From assembly GCA_030765455.1 (NCBI GenBank), contig JAVCCM010000111.1, positions 5,410-69,409 of the forward strand: a DNA stretch of 64,000 bases, read 5' to 3'. The DNA is from Candidatus Electryonea clarkiae. Its GTDB lineage: Bacteria; Electryoneota; Electryoneia; Electryoneales; Electryoneaceae. Positions within the stretch are counted from its first letter, which is position 1. Every line of letters begins with the position of its first letter. The notes under the pieces were generated by a model, which was given only the letters and a program-made list of their open reading frames with translations, had not been told where the DNA came from and searched no databases. Positions 26,752 through 37,257 of the stretch are shown piece after piece. Both the position numbers and the translations under genes were made by a program.

Positions 26752-27948
26752 ATGAGCTTGACATTATCCTCAAAGATGGAATACCTGGCGGACTCCCTGC
26801 CATTACTGATATCAGCCCGGGCGAAACAGATGATTGCTGAGGGAATTGATGTTACGAATCTATCTGTTGGTGAACCTGATTTTCCTTCGCCTGCAAATGT
26901 CAAAGAGGCTGGTATTGACGCCATCCGGAATAATTTCACCAAATATACCCCGGCTGCGGGAATACCTGACCTGAGAAAAGCGGTTTCAGGTACCTTGAAG
27001 AAAGATCATAACCTGGAGTATTCGCCTGATCAGATCGTAATCACTAATGGCGCCAAACAAGCCATCGCAAGCACGCTTATTGCCCTTCTGAATCCCGGGG
27101 ATGAAGTCATCTACCCCTATCCCTGTTATGCTAGTTACGTCGATCTCTGCAATATTGCCGGCGGTAAACCAGTCGGTCTTGAAACCACGCAGGACACCGG
27201 TTTCAGAATCAATCCGGAACAATTAAGCAATTTGATAAACAATCGAACCAAAGCAATAATTATTAACAGTCCGAATAATCCAACAGGAGCGGCATATTCA
27301 CTTGAAGAGATGAAAGAGCTTAGTGAGCTGCTTGCTAAACATGATATTTGGCTTATTTCGGATGAGATTTATGGCAAACTCCGTTATGACGGTGAACCAG
27401 CCTTGAGTTTTGCTTCTTTGCCTGGGTTATACGAAAAGACTGCTTTAATCAACGGGGTTTCCAAGGCATTCAGTATGACCGGCTGGCGCATTGGATTCCT
27501 GGCTGCACCGGTTGTCCTCGCAAAGGCAGTCGCGAGTGTTCAGTCACAAGTTACGGGATCACCGGGAAGCATCAGCCAGAAAGCTGCATTGGAAGCCTAT
27601 ACAGGGGATTTATCTGAAACAGAGCGGATGAAAGACGCTTTCAGCCAAAGGAAGGAATTAATCACAAAATTACTTAGGGACATACCGGGGATATCATTTA
27701 TTGAGCCGGAAGGAGCTTTTTATGTGTTCCCGGAAGTTTCCGGCTATTTTGGACGGGTGGCAGGCGATAATACAATCAGAAATTCTATGGATTTATGCCA
27801 ATATCTCCTTGAGGATTATCATCTGGCATTGGTCCCGGGTTCTGCTTTTGGCGCTGACAAACATATACGATTCAGTTTTGCCGCATCCGAGGAGAATATC
27901 CGGATAGGTGTAAGCAAATTCACAGCAGGTCTTGCAAACTTTCAATGA
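26752..27948 (+). CDS. class I/II pyridoxal-phosphate aminotransferase (aspartate aminotransferase-like)
   Basis: GEPDFP, INSPNNPTG and SKAFSMTGWRIG (PLP-lysine motif). 398 aa. Confidence 0.85.
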   Translation: MSLTLSSKMEYLADSLPLLISARAKQMIAEGIDVTNLSVGEPDFPSPANVKEAGIDAIRNNFTKYTPAAGIPDLRKAVSGTLKKDHNLEYSPDQIVITNGAKQAIASTLIALLNPGDEVIYPYPCYASYVDLCNIAGGKPVGLETTQDTGFRINPEQLSNLINNRTKAIIINSPNNPTGAAYSLEEMKELSELLAKHDIWLISDEIYGKLRYDGEPALSFASLPGLYEKTALINGVSKAFSMTGWRIGFLAAPVVLAKAVASVQSQVTGSPGSISQKAALEAYTGDLSETERMKDAFSQRKELITKLLRDIPGISFIEPEGAFYVFPEVSGYFGRVAGDNTIRNSMDLCQYLLEDYHLALVPGSAFGADKHIRFSFAASEENIRIGVSKFTAGLANFQ

Positions 27949-28116
27949 GCAATTGCAATATTTGAGAAATTGAAAACGCATAGATATTTAATTAATTCCC
28001 GGTTTCTTCCATGTGCTAATTGCACTAAAGTTACGTATCTTCATTTTCAGGTGCTCGCACTTGCTGCCTGAAGATATCCTGTTCCGTAGAATAGATAATT
28101 TATAAGTAAATATTAA

Positions 28117-30678
28117 ATGTCAAAACAACCCTCTGAATTAGAAAAATCCGCACTTGTGGATGCATCCCCCGAAGCATCGAAACCCGGTGTTCAAACTTTA
28201 CGTGAACGATTCCAGGAATTTCTGCAACTTCTTGAATTGAACAATAAAGTTTTGAAAATAATCAGCGACATGGAAGAAAAATCTCAAGGCAACTATTTAT
28301 TCGATAATAAGTATATACTCAATATGCTTGATGAGTTGAATGATGCTCTGGGCAAGATAATAGAGATTATGATCTATATCGGGGGGGACAGTTATAGAGA
28401 ATTGCGTGAACGGTTTAATAAAATTAACAGTTCGATTGATTCCCTTATGCCGGGGAATCAGAAAGTAGAGGAAGAGGTTTTTGTGCTGCCCCTGGAATCC
28501 ATCGGGAGAGAACATGCTCAAACTATGGGTTCAAAAAATGCCAATCTTGGTGAGATGAAATCAAAACTTGATATTCCTGTACCTGGTGGATTCGGAATAA
28601 GCTCCTGGGGATATAAGAGATTTATCGATTCAAATGATTTGCAGACAAAAATATCTGAACTAATCAAATCCACAGATTATAAAAAAAATGAAGATCTTAA
28701 GGAATCTGCTGAAGCCATCCGAGCCATGATCTTGAACAGCCCGGTTCCATCGGATCTGGTTGATGAAATAAATGAAAGTTATCATAAACTGATTGCACCC
28801 CTGGAGTATAAAAAAATATCAGTCAGGTCGAGCGCTATTGGTGAGGATACGCTCCATAGTTTTGCTGGTCAATACTATACATTTATAAATGTTAGTGAAA
28901 ATGAAATAACAAACTGCTACCGTATGATACTGGCGAGCAAATTTACTCCCCGCGCCATCTACTATTTCTTAAGTCATTTAATTACAGAAAGCGATCTCGC
29001 TATGGGGGTTTGCTGCCAGGTTATGGTAGATGCGCAAGCAAGTGGGGTGGCATATTCTCATAATCCAGTGGACAAATCTGATGATTCGATTAATATTTAT
29101 TCAATTTACGGGCTTGGCGACTACCTCAACAGCGGCAAACTTTCGCCCGACTACTTTCGCGTCTCGAGAAAAGATGGAACTGTTATTGACAGGAATATTG
29201 CAGATAAACCTGTCCGTTTAGTTCTTGGTGAGTCTGATGGAGCAATCGAGGAACCTGTTCCGGAAAACATGAGAAATACTCCCTCAATCACTCCTGAACA
29301 CATAGCACAGATCACCGGTTATTTGTTAAAGCTTGAAGAATACTATGGATTTCAACTGGATATCGAATGGGCAGTCGATAAATCAGGCGAGCTTTATCTT
29401 CTTCAATCGCGTCCACTGCATATCCTGGACATACGCGATGATCTGGTTGAACCGGATATGTCTTCAGCGAAAATGCTTAGTAAAAGAGGAGTGGTGGTAT
29501 GCCCAGGAGCCGGTATCGGGCCAATATATCATGTGACAGCAAGACCAAACGAAGTTCTGGAGATTCCACAGGGTGTTGTTCTTGCCACTAAAAATCCTGC
29601 GCCGTGGTTGATTTTAACCATGGAACGGATCAGCGCTCTCGTGACGGAAGTGGGTGGAGTCGCGAATCATCTTGCAACAATCGCAAGGGAGTACCAGGTG
29701 CCGACCCTGGCATCGGTAAAAAATGTCGCATCGATTCCAGAAGGAACGATTGTAACTGTCGATGCCACTAAAGCAATTATATATGAAGGAGAATACCAGG
29801 ACCTGGTAAAAGCCCGTGAGACTGAAGATATTTTCGATGATGTTGAGGTGTTCAATCTGCTCGAAAGAATAATGAAGAAAATTTCACCTCTGAACCTGAT
29901 AAATCCCGGTGATCCGAATTTCCAAATTCAAAATTGCAGAACCCTTCATGATATAATGCGGTTTGCTCATCAGAAGGCAATAGTGGAGCTGTTCAGGGGG
30001 GAACGATTTGAAAAAAGACGAAAATGGTCAGAGATGTACCTGAAAACAGACCTTCCGGTAAAAATCAATATTTTGCTATTGGAAGGTGAATTAAAGAAGT
30101 ATAAAATAAAACGCGGAATATCTAATAAGGAAATTCAATCAGTTCCATTTTGTGCATTTTGGAAAGGGGTCAATCAACAGGGATGGCAGAACCAAAAGAA
30201 AATAGTTGAGCGCTATTCTATAATATCAAAGATTGAAACCTGGGCAACTGGAGACCGGGAATCCGAGTATTCCAAGAAAAGTTTTGTTATTCTCGGCAGT
30301 AATTATATGCTTTTCAGTCTGCACCTCGGGTATCATTTGATGACAATAGAATCTATGATAACCCCTGAGCCTGATAAAAATTTTGTAAAATTGCAGCATA
30401 AAGGCGGCGGAGCGTCCAGAGAGAGGCGAATACGCAGGATAAAGCTCATCTCGAGTGTTCTCAGCCTGATGGGATTTGAACATCACAGCAGCGGCGATGT
30501 ACTCGATACGACTCTTGCTTGTGAATCAGATGAATGCATGATAGAAAAATTATCTATTATCGGAAGATTGACGATGATGACCAAGCAACTGGATATGGCG
30601 CTTGGAAATGATCGCATCGCAGAATGGCATACAAATGATATAATTCGCCAGCTTGGATTAGGTGCAAAAGAAAGTTAG
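28117..30678 (+). CDS. PEP-synthase-like protein: PPDK_N ATP-grasp + swivel phospho-His domain, C-terminal region of unknown type
   Basis: GSKNANLGEM...VPGGF..S (PpsA N-terminal nucleotide-binding domain), ..DIEWA.D..GELYLLQSRP.., then the mobile domain VVCPGAGIGP...LVTEVGGVANHLATIAREYQVPT. I cannot recognise PEP/pyruvate TIM-barrel motifs in the last roughly 300 aa. Confidence 0.75.
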   Translation: MSKQPSELEKSALVDASPEASKPGVQTLRERFQEFLQLLELNNKVLKIISDMEEKSQGNYLFDNKYILNMLDELNDALGKIIEIMIYIGGDSYRELRERFNKINSSIDSLMPGNQKVEEEVFVLPLESIGREHAQTMGSKNANLGEMKSKLDIPVPGGFGISSWGYKRFIDSNDLQTKISELIKSTDYKKNEDLKESAEAIRAMILNSPVPSDLVDEINESYHKLIAPLEYKKISVRSSAIGEDTLHSFAGQYYTFINVSENEITNCYRMILASKFTPRAIYYFLSHLITESDLAMGVCCQVMVDAQASGVAYSHNPVDKSDDSINIYSIYGLGDYLNSGKLSPDYFRVSRKDGTVIDRNIADKPVRLVLGESDGAIEEPVPENMRNTPSITPEHIAQITGYLLKLEEYYGFQLDIEWAVDKSGELYLLQSRPLHILDIRDDLVEPDMSSAKMLSKRGVVVCPGAGIGPIYHVTARPNEVLEIPQGVVLATKNPAPWLILTMERISALVTEVGGVANHLATIAREYQVPTLASVKNVASIPEGTIVTVDATKAIIYEGEYQDLVKARETEDIFDDVEVFNLLERIMKKISPLNLINPGDPNFQIQNCRTLHDIMRFAHQKAIVELFRGERFEKRRKWSEMYLKTDLPVKINILLLEGELKKYKIKRGISNKEIQSVPFCAFWKGVNQQGWQNQKKIVERYSIISKIETWATGDRESEYSKKSFVILGSNYMLFSLHLGYHLMTIESMITPEPDKNFVKLQHKGGGASRERRIRRIKLISSVLSLMGFEHHSSGDVLDTTLACESDECMIEKLSIIGRLTMMTKQLDMALGNDRIAEWHTNDIIRQLGLGAKES

Positions 30679-30691
30679 CAGGAGAAGTTAC

Positions 30692-31234
30692 ATGAAGCAG
30701 ACAATTCTTATTGTCGATGATGAACCTGATATGCTCACATTACTTTCGCGCATTATAGCATTGAAATCGTCATATCACGTTACGACTACGATTAATGCAT
30801 TGGAAGTACCTGGATTGCTCGAGAATAACCAGTATGATTTAATTATCACAGATTTGCATATGCCCGGATATTCAGGTATAGACCTGCTCCGGCAAGTCCG
30901 GGAACAGAATCGTCATGAGGAGGTTATAATCATTACTGCATTCAGATCTTTTGAATCAGTAAGTGAAGCAATATCATTGGGTGCTTATGACTATATAACA
31001 AAGCCGTTTTCAAGGGAGCAGATTCTATATATTATCGAAAAAGTGATGCGTTGGCAGCGAGCAAAAAAATCAGAATCTGAGATGAATGCAATATTAGAAA
31101 TGAAACCTTTTGAAATTGCAGCGGATGCTTTTAAAAAACAATATATCCATTATTTAATGGAAAGTGAATTAAACGACCCTAAGGAACTTTCCGGCATTTC
31201 AGGTTTGCCTGTTGATGATTTTATTTCTGAGTGA
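30692..31234 (+). CDS. stand-alone response-regulator receiver protein
   Basis: ILIVDDEPDML...DLIITDLHMPGYSGIDLL...ITKP. There is no recognisable output domain in the roughly 60-aa tail. AGGAG lies 7 nt before the ATG at 30692, 14 nt after the upstream stop. Confidence 0.85.
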   Translation: MKQTILIVDDEPDMLTLLSRIIALKSSYHVTTTINALEVPGLLENNQYDLIITDLHMPGYSGIDLLRQVREQNRHEEVIIITAFRSFESVSEAISLGAYDYITKPFSREQILYIIEKVMRWQRAKKSESEMNAILEMKPFEIAADAFKKQYIHYLMESELNDPKELSGISGLPVDDFISE

Positions 31235-31342
31235 TCCGGGCTAATGCTCGGTTGTTCAGAAGCATACTTGATTACAAATAGTGCTGAAACTACATTAAAT
31301 ATTAATATTCAGGTAACAGGAAAAACAAAACTGGAGCAGAAC

Positions 31343-31831
31343 ATGAACGTTTTTGATTTCGCTATGAAAATGGAGAAAGATGGCGAAGAATATTATCGTA
31401 ACCTCATTGCACAAACAGATGATAAGGGCCTAAAAACGATACTCGGAATATTAGCTGATGAAGAAGTAAAACATTACAACGTTTTCAAGGCGATGAACGA
31501 GCATCAAGCCGAATGGTCTGAAAGTAGTCTGATGATCTCTGCTGTGAATGTTTTTGAGGAATACAAGAATCAAGGCGAAGAAAGCCTGGCGAAGTACGGC
31601 GATGAAGCCGCCGCGGTTTACAAAACAGCTCAAGAGGTAGAGAAAAAGAGCGAAGAAATTTACCGGAAGAAAGCGGAAGAAATCGACGACGAAGAACAGA
31701 TTAAAATGCTTCACAGAATTGCTGATGAAGAGAAGAGGCATTGGAATATTTTACAAAATATCATTGAGATGATTGAGCGTCCTGGCAGTTGGCTGGAAAA
31801 CGCGGAGTGGAGGCACCAAGAAGAGCATTAA
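31343..31831 (+). CDS. ferritin-like / rubrerythrin-family diiron protein
   Basis: Two E..H-type helix motifs (MEKDGEEYY ... DEEVKHYNVF ; EVEKKSEEIY ... DEEKRHWNIL). Start taken at the ATG at 31343 with GGAG upstream. Confidence 0.6.
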   Translation: MNVFDFAMKMEKDGEEYYRNLIAQTDDKGLKTILGILADEEVKHYNVFKAMNEHQAEWSESSLMISAVNVFEEYKNQGEESLAKYGDEAAAVYKTAQEVEKKSEEIYRKKAEEIDDEEQIKMLHRIADEEKRHWNILQNIIEMIERPGSWLENAEWRHQEEH

Positions 31832-31862
31832 TCATTATCTTTAAAATAGCACGTTTAAATTT

Positions 31863-31889
31863 ACCCGGCTTTACAGGCTGGGTTTTTTA
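31863..31889 (+). terminator. rho-independent terminator after the ferritin-like gene
   Basis: ACCCGGC-tttacag-GCTGGGT followed by TTTTT. The 7-bp stem includes one G-U pair. Confidence 0.6.
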
Positions 31890-31939
31890 TGAGTAACTTA
31901 TTTCAATAATGAAATGCCTGGTCTATCGGCGAAAAAAAG

Positions 31940-32285
31940 AAAAACCACAAAGATTGCAGAGAAACCACAAAGGACTCAGAGAAATTCTCTGCGAACTTTG
32001 TGCCTGCTTTGTATTTTCTGTAGTAAAACAATTTCGAAAACATGATGCATTATTCTTGATAAACTTATAGACTTCATTATCAGTTTTGTCAGGGTAATCC
32101 GGAAATATATTTCATATTAATAGTGGATTCCCGGATTAAATCCGAGAATGATGCCTTATACAATAAACAATACTTTATACTGAGAATAAGATTGTCAGAA
32201 AGACCCGAAGGGTCGAAATCATGTAGCGCGGGGCGTAAGCCCCGGGAATATGAAAGCACTCTTTATGCAGTCCCGCAGGGACGAA
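31940..32285. repeat. cluster of short REP-like hairpins and direct repeats in a 535-nt intergenic region
   Basis: AACCACAAAG occurs twice (31943-31952, 31963-31972), with inverse CTTTGTG-type copies at about 31995-32012. Palindrome CAGAGAA-A-TTCTCTG (31977-31991). GC hairpins GACCC-gaa-GGGTC (32202-32214), CGGGGC-gtaa-GCCCCG (32229-32244) and TCCC-gca-GGGA (32271-32281). Confidence 0.55.
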
Positions 32286-32366
32286 AGAAAATCAAAAAGT
32301 AGCTGCATTAAACAGAAAAACAGCATTTTGACCAACTAATCTTGAGAATACCTTTAAAAGAATAAA

Positions 32367-34457
32367 ATGACATTTCTCAATCTTGCACTTTTGTCAGGAT
32401 TATCCCTGGCAGCAATACCTCTTCTGATTCACCTGCTTGCGAAGAGACGGTTGAAGCGTCAGCCTTTTCCTACGCTTGAATTTCTGCGCCGTCTTCAAAC
32501 GCACAGGATGAGGCAGTTGAAAATACGTCAAATCCTGTTGCTGATACTGAGAACACTGGCTGTCCTGTTTTTAGCCCTTGCTTTCATCCGCCCTGCGTTC
32601 CTGCAATCTGGATCAAAAGCACAAAACCGCACAGATACTATCATATTGCTGGATTTGTCAGCTTCAATGTCTGCGCGCCGCCCGGAAGGAATCCCAGTAA
32701 TAAATGCCCGTAGTGCAATAAAAGAGATAATAAATTCAATCGGAAATGAAAGCCGGGTTGCATTGGTTGTGGCTGACGATAGTGGTGACCGTGATATGGA
32801 TTGGTATATTCCCGGCGCGGGGAATGTTTCATGGATTGACAGGCTTGAAACCGATGGTAGGTCAACAGCTATATTACCTGCCTGGAAACGTGTCGCCGAG
32901 CTGTTCAAATCAAGCGCATCTCCTGACAAAGATCTTATCTGGATTTCTGATTACAGCGATATTCTGCCGGATAGTCTCCCTACTTTACCGGAAAATGTTT
33001 CGTTAATTCGTATCCCTGTTGCAGATATCGGAACCCCGCTGAATGTATTTGTAAATAAAGTATCATCAACCATACCAAATGCTCAACCTGGATCGGTAGT
33101 GGAAATCGAGGCTGACCTTGCGATGGTCGGCGGAAACGCTCCAATCAATGTTATCGTCACTGCAAACCTGGACGGACGGCGCGTTGCAGAAAGTGAAGTG
33201 ACATTATCTGCCAATAACCAGACGACTTATAAGTTTTCAGTTAAGACCGTTTCTACTGGTCTTATTCCGGGTGAACTTCAGATTGAGGTTGAGGATGCTC
33301 TTTCAATTGATGACCGCTTTCCCTTCGTTGTCAATATCCCCGCGAGACAACGAGTTTTAATTGCAGGTGATGATTACAAGGCTATTCGATACCTGGAACT
33401 TGCTCTGAATCCCAAAAATTCAGGTTCAGGGAATTATATTGTTGATCTTGTTCGTGGCGGTTTGCAGGGAATTCAACTTTCAAATTATGACATTATTCTC
33501 CTTGCCGGGCTTTCATCTCCCGGAGACACAGAAGTTCGGTTATTGCAGCAGTTTCTTGGATCAGGGAAGGGACTCTGGTTATTCCCCGGAAATAATATCG
33601 ATGTCCCGAAATATAACCGTGGAATATTGCCTCAACTTGGAATTGGTCCAATTTTATTGGATGGTCTATCAGGTACTCATCGAAAGAAATGGGAGGATTT
33701 TGACGCGGGACATCCCGCGCTTAAAGGCATAATTAATCCACAGGGTTTTTACGATACACCGGAAGTGTATCGGTCGTTTGTGGTTCAGGAGACGAAAACC
33801 GACCGGGTCTTGATACGGTTGTCAGACGGTTCTCCCTTTTTATTAGAGAGTAATTTTGAAAATGGAAGGGTATGGTGGACTTCATGCGCTGTCGATACTT
33901 CCATGACTGACTGGCATATCAGCGGTATTTTCGCCCCGATGATCCAGAGCGGAGTAAATTACCTGATCACCGGTTATGGACGATCACAGCCTGAAATTGC
34001 GTGTGGTGAACCGGTCTTCTGGAAAATGCCTGAAAAAGCTGTTGCCGCTTTACGTGACGTTAAAGATCCTATGGATAACCTGCTGCCTGCCGTACCCGGA
34101 TTTCATAAAGGTATCCGTACCTGGCGTACCGATATGACAAACTGGCCGGGTCATTATTATATGATTAATGGCGAAGGGATTGATCTTGTAAAAGCTGTAA
34201 GGATTGCCGCATCTGAAAGCGACCTTTCGGTATCAGAAACCGAGCTTTCAACATTGCCTGGAAATCTAATCAAACAGAACCCTGGGGAATCCTTATCCGA
34301 AGCATTAATCAGGATGCGCCACGGCAGGGAAATAAGCTGGTGGTTCATTCTATTTGCGGTTATGGCACTATTCGCAGAAACCCTGATAGCACGTGAAAAA
34401 CGTTCACCTGTCAGCCTAGGAGCAGCGGGGTCAGGCGGTGCGAAAAAGACTGAATGA
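32367..34457 (+). CDS. BatA-type N-terminal double-TM domain + vWA domain membrane protein
   Basis: N-terminus MTFLNLALLSGLSLAAIPLLIHLLAKRR (aerotolerance BatA_N signature). vWA MIDAS start IILLDLSASM. C-terminal TM anchor. Confidence 0.75.
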   Translation: MTFLNLALLSGLSLAAIPLLIHLLAKRRLKRQPFPTLEFLRRLQTHRMRQLKIRQILLLILRTLAVLFLALAFIRPAFLQSGSKAQNRTDTIILLDLSASMSARRPEGIPVINARSAIKEIINSIGNESRVALVVADDSGDRDMDWYIPGAGNVSWIDRLETDGRSTAILPAWKRVAELFKSSASPDKDLIWISDYSDILPDSLPTLPENVSLIRIPVADIGTPLNVFVNKVSSTIPNAQPGSVVEIEADLAMVGGNAPINVIVTANLDGRRVAESEVTLSANNQTTYKFSVKTVSTGLIPGELQIEVEDALSIDDRFPFVVNIPARQRVLIAGDDYKAIRYLELALNPKNSGSGNYIVDLVRGGLQGIQLSNYDIILLAGLSSPGDTEVRLLQQFLGSGKGLWLFPGNNIDVPKYNRGILPQLGIGPILLDGLSGTHRKKWEDFDAGHPALKGIINPQGFYDTPEVYRSFVVQETKTDRVLIRLSDGSPFLLESNFENGRVWWTSCAVDTSMTDWHISGIFAPMIQSGVNYLITGYGRSQPEIACGEPVFWKMPEKAVAALRDVKDPMDNLLPAVPGFHKGIRTWRTDMTNWPGHYYMINGEGIDLVKAVRIAASESDLSVSETELSTLPGNLIKQNPGESLSEALIRMRHGREISWWFILFAVMALFAETLIAREKRSPVSLGAAGSGGAKKTE

Positions 34458-34584
34458 CTGGAAAACAGTTAGTTACCCTGCTCTAATAGAATAGGAACTT
34501 ACCTTGTTGCTTTATCACTCAATCCAAATGGAACAAAGTATTATAGTGTTCTTGTTATTATTGCTAGTTCCAAAATCGATTGTT

Positions 34585-34650
34585 CATTTCCCGGACATCA
34601 AGCTGTCCGGGGCACACAAAATCAAACGAACTTCATTTTGAGAGATACTA
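34585..34650. repeat. REP-like hairpin element, family 1 (near-identical to 8068-8135)
   Basis: TTCCCGGACATCAAGCTGTCCGGGGCACACAAAATCAAACGAAC (34588-34631), differing from the 8071-8115 copy by one A in the A-run, followed by a similar ..TTTTGAGAG.TACTA. It ends just before the stop of the minus-strand PiT gene. Confidence 0.75.
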
Positions 34651-34656
34651 AAGTTC

Positions 34657-36924
34657 TTAATCCATATCAAATTCAGTTGATTTTTCGATTCCCTTGACTA
34701 TCTCGGAAAAAATCTCTATCAGTTTTATATTCTGCTTGGACATCATCATTGCATTTCCAATTATTGAGTAATAGAGGATTGTAAGACGTGTTTTTGATTC
34801 TCGACTCTGGACACGTTCAATTTGATTTTGATTGAGATGTTCGGCAAGCTCTCTCAGCCTCTTATCATTTTCGATAACAGTCTCATATTTCTCGAATTCC
34901 CTGTTATCTAAAATTGTCTCGACATCAATCAGGATAACATCAAGAAGTTCTTTCACTTCCTTGAGATCCTCTGTCTGTACAGTTAATAATCCCTTATGAT
35001 TATTATTGACATGCATATAAGATCTCATAGTTATGTCTCGATGTCCGTCCGCCAATTTCTGTAAGCGCCGGATAGTTTGTCCGTACATATACGAGATCTT
35101 CGCATCCTCTTTTTGTAACAACCTCATGGATTTAAATACATTTGCAATAATGATATTTGCCCAGCGTTGTATCCTTTTGGTCTTGATCTTTTCTGACTTC
35201 AGTGAATAAACATTCTGGTAAATGAGAGCATTTAATGTTATGTCGAGTGATTCACGAATTTCATGAAGCAATAAGCCCATGTGTTCAAAAGTTGTTGATA
35301 TCGAATCGGTTACATCAGTGATCTTTTTAAGGTTAAATACCTGGTCGATTTCCTTTTGCTTCTTTATCTCACCATGTTTTGCACGGTTTTTCCAGAGTGT
35401 GAATGCAACAAACGCAAGCGCCAAACCTACACCATATCCCTTGGCATAGAAAATTGTCACAGCTACCAGTCCCGATACGGTAAATGCCAGCATCGCCGTC
35501 ATGAACCAGCCGCCTATTACCGTCAAAACACCTGTAATCCTGTAAACTGCGCTATCGCGACCCCAGGCTAAATCCGCAAATGAGGTTCCCATTGAAACCA
35601 TGAAGGTCACATAAGTGGTTGAAAGTGGCAGTTTTTGAGATGTCGCATATGAAATAACTGCGCTGGCAACCATCATGTTAACGGAAGCGCGTAATAAATC
35701 AAATGACGGATACTGTTCCGAATCATTGTCGGCTTTATATTTCGTAGTATCCATTCTTCTCGAAATCCATCTAACCAAGGGTGGAGGAGTTAAGAGTCTA
35801 ACGAAACTAAAAACACCAATCATCATTCGTACTATTGCTCGTGACAGAAAAATAGATTCATATTTATCTTCTTCTTCCGATGATTGCTGTCCCAGGGTAA
35901 GCTCGGTTTCCGAAACTGTACGAGCTTTCTTCGAAAACCAGAGGGTTATAACCATAATTAACCCGGCAATCAATATCATGAACGTTTCAGTCGGAACCGC
36001 TTTGCCTAATGCGCCCATAGACATTGTCATTGGCGCGTCACTTGCCGAGGCAAAATTATAGGCGTGGTAACCTGCCATAGGAACGCCGATAAAGTTTACC
36101 AGGTCATTAGCCGCAAATGCCATCGCCAGCGCAAATGTTCCAATTAAAACTATCGGTTTCAGGATGTTAACTTTAAATAAGAGTAATATTTGGAGAAAAA
36201 CAGCAGATATCACAAAAATATAAAACATTATTAATAATGCATTATTTCTTATCCATTCTGCAGTCTCAGCAGGGATAAATGTTGCGCCTTTTGCGCCTTT
36301 TACCAGGATAAAATATGTGATAAACGCTAATGCGACACCGCCCCATAATGCGCCATATCTTTTTAATCTTTTAGTATAATCAAAAGTGAATAATATCCGG
36401 CTGAAAAACTGAACCAATGCACCAAATATAAAAGCGACGACCACTGACAACAGTATCCCGAAGATTATCATCATTGCTTTGCTGGTATTGATATATTGGC
36501 TTAATGTTATAAGCGATTCGCCTGACTGAAGTATCTTCAAAATTGATACAGCAACTGCGCCGCCAAGCAACTCGAATACAATGGAAACAGTGGTAGAGGT
36601 AGGAAGCCCGTAAGTATTAAAGAGATCAAGAAGCATTATATCCGTAATCATAACCGCCAGGAATATTACCATCAGTTCCGGCATATTAAAAAATTGCGGA
36701 TTGAATATTCCCTTCCTCGCAACTTCCATCATGCCACTGGAGAAACTGACGCCAACTATAATACCCAGGCTGGCGATAATCATGATCACAAACCGTGGCG
36801 CTACCCGCGATCCAAATGATGAATTAAGAAAATTGACCGCATCATTGCTGACGCCAACGACCAGGTCAAATATAGCAAACGCGATCAAAATTATAACCGC
36901 TATAAATAATAATTCCATACCCAT
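34657..36924 (-). CDS. inorganic phosphate transporter (PiT family) with long helical, PhoU-like cytoplasmic C-terminal region
   Basis: PHO4 signature near the N-terminus (GVSNDAVNFLNSSFGSR) and its internal repeat (AANDLVNFIGVP), with about 12 TM segments. The last roughly 250 aa are soluble and helical. Confidence 0.85.
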   Translation of the reverse strand: MGMELLFIAVIILIAFAIFDLVVGVSNDAVNFLNSSFGSRVAPRFVIMIIASLGIIVGVSFSSGMMEVARKGIFNPQFFNMPELMVIFLAVMITDIMLLDLFNTYGLPTSTTVSIVFELLGGAVAVSILKILQSGESLITLSQYINTSKAMMIIFGILLSVVVAFIFGALVQFFSRILFTFDYTKRLKRYGALWGGVALAFITYFILVKGAKGATFIPAETAEWIRNNALLIMFYIFVISAVFLQILLLFKVNILKPIVLIGTFALAMAFAANDLVNFIGVPMAGYHAYNFASASDAPMTMSMGALGKAVPTETFMILIAGLIMVITLWFSKKARTVSETELTLGQQSSEEEDKYESIFLSRAIVRMMIGVFSFVRLLTPPPLVRWISRRMDTTKYKADNDSEQYPSFDLLRASVNMMVASAVISYATSQKLPLSTTYVTFMVSMGTSFADLAWGRDSAVYRITGVLTVIGGWFMTAMLAFTVSGLVAVTIFYAKGYGVGLALAFVAFTLWKNRAKHGEIKKQKEIDQVFNLKKITDVTDSISTTFEHMGLLLHEIRESLDITLNALIYQNVYSLKSEKIKTKRIQRWANIIIANVFKSMRLLQKEDAKISYMYGQTIRRLQKLADGHRDITMRSYMHVNNNHKGLLTVQTEDLKEVKELLDVILIDVETILDNREFEKYETVIENDKRLRELAEHLNQNQIERVQSRESKTRLTILYYSIIGNAMMMSKQNIKLIEIFSEIVKGIEKSTEFDMD

Positions 36925-37257
36925 GAGTCTTCTCGATTATCCTTAGTGAATTCAAATAATTGGTACTTCATGCTGCAATACAAGATGATTGCCTTTAGCT
37001 TAACAATTTTGCAGGCTGATAACAAACATAAAAGTACAAATTCTTAATTTCGCATATTTGTTTCGGAGTGTTCTTTAGCGAGCAAATATTACCGAGCTTG
37101 ATTTGTGAATCGATACATAAACTCTGACTTGCCAATCAGCCGACTGGTTCTAAATTAATAGTACCTTAAGTGAGAAAATTTCAGGGGGAATCCTATTTAA
37201 ATCATATTATTCGATGGGACTATTGCTTTGTATTGTATATTTATGTAATATACATCT

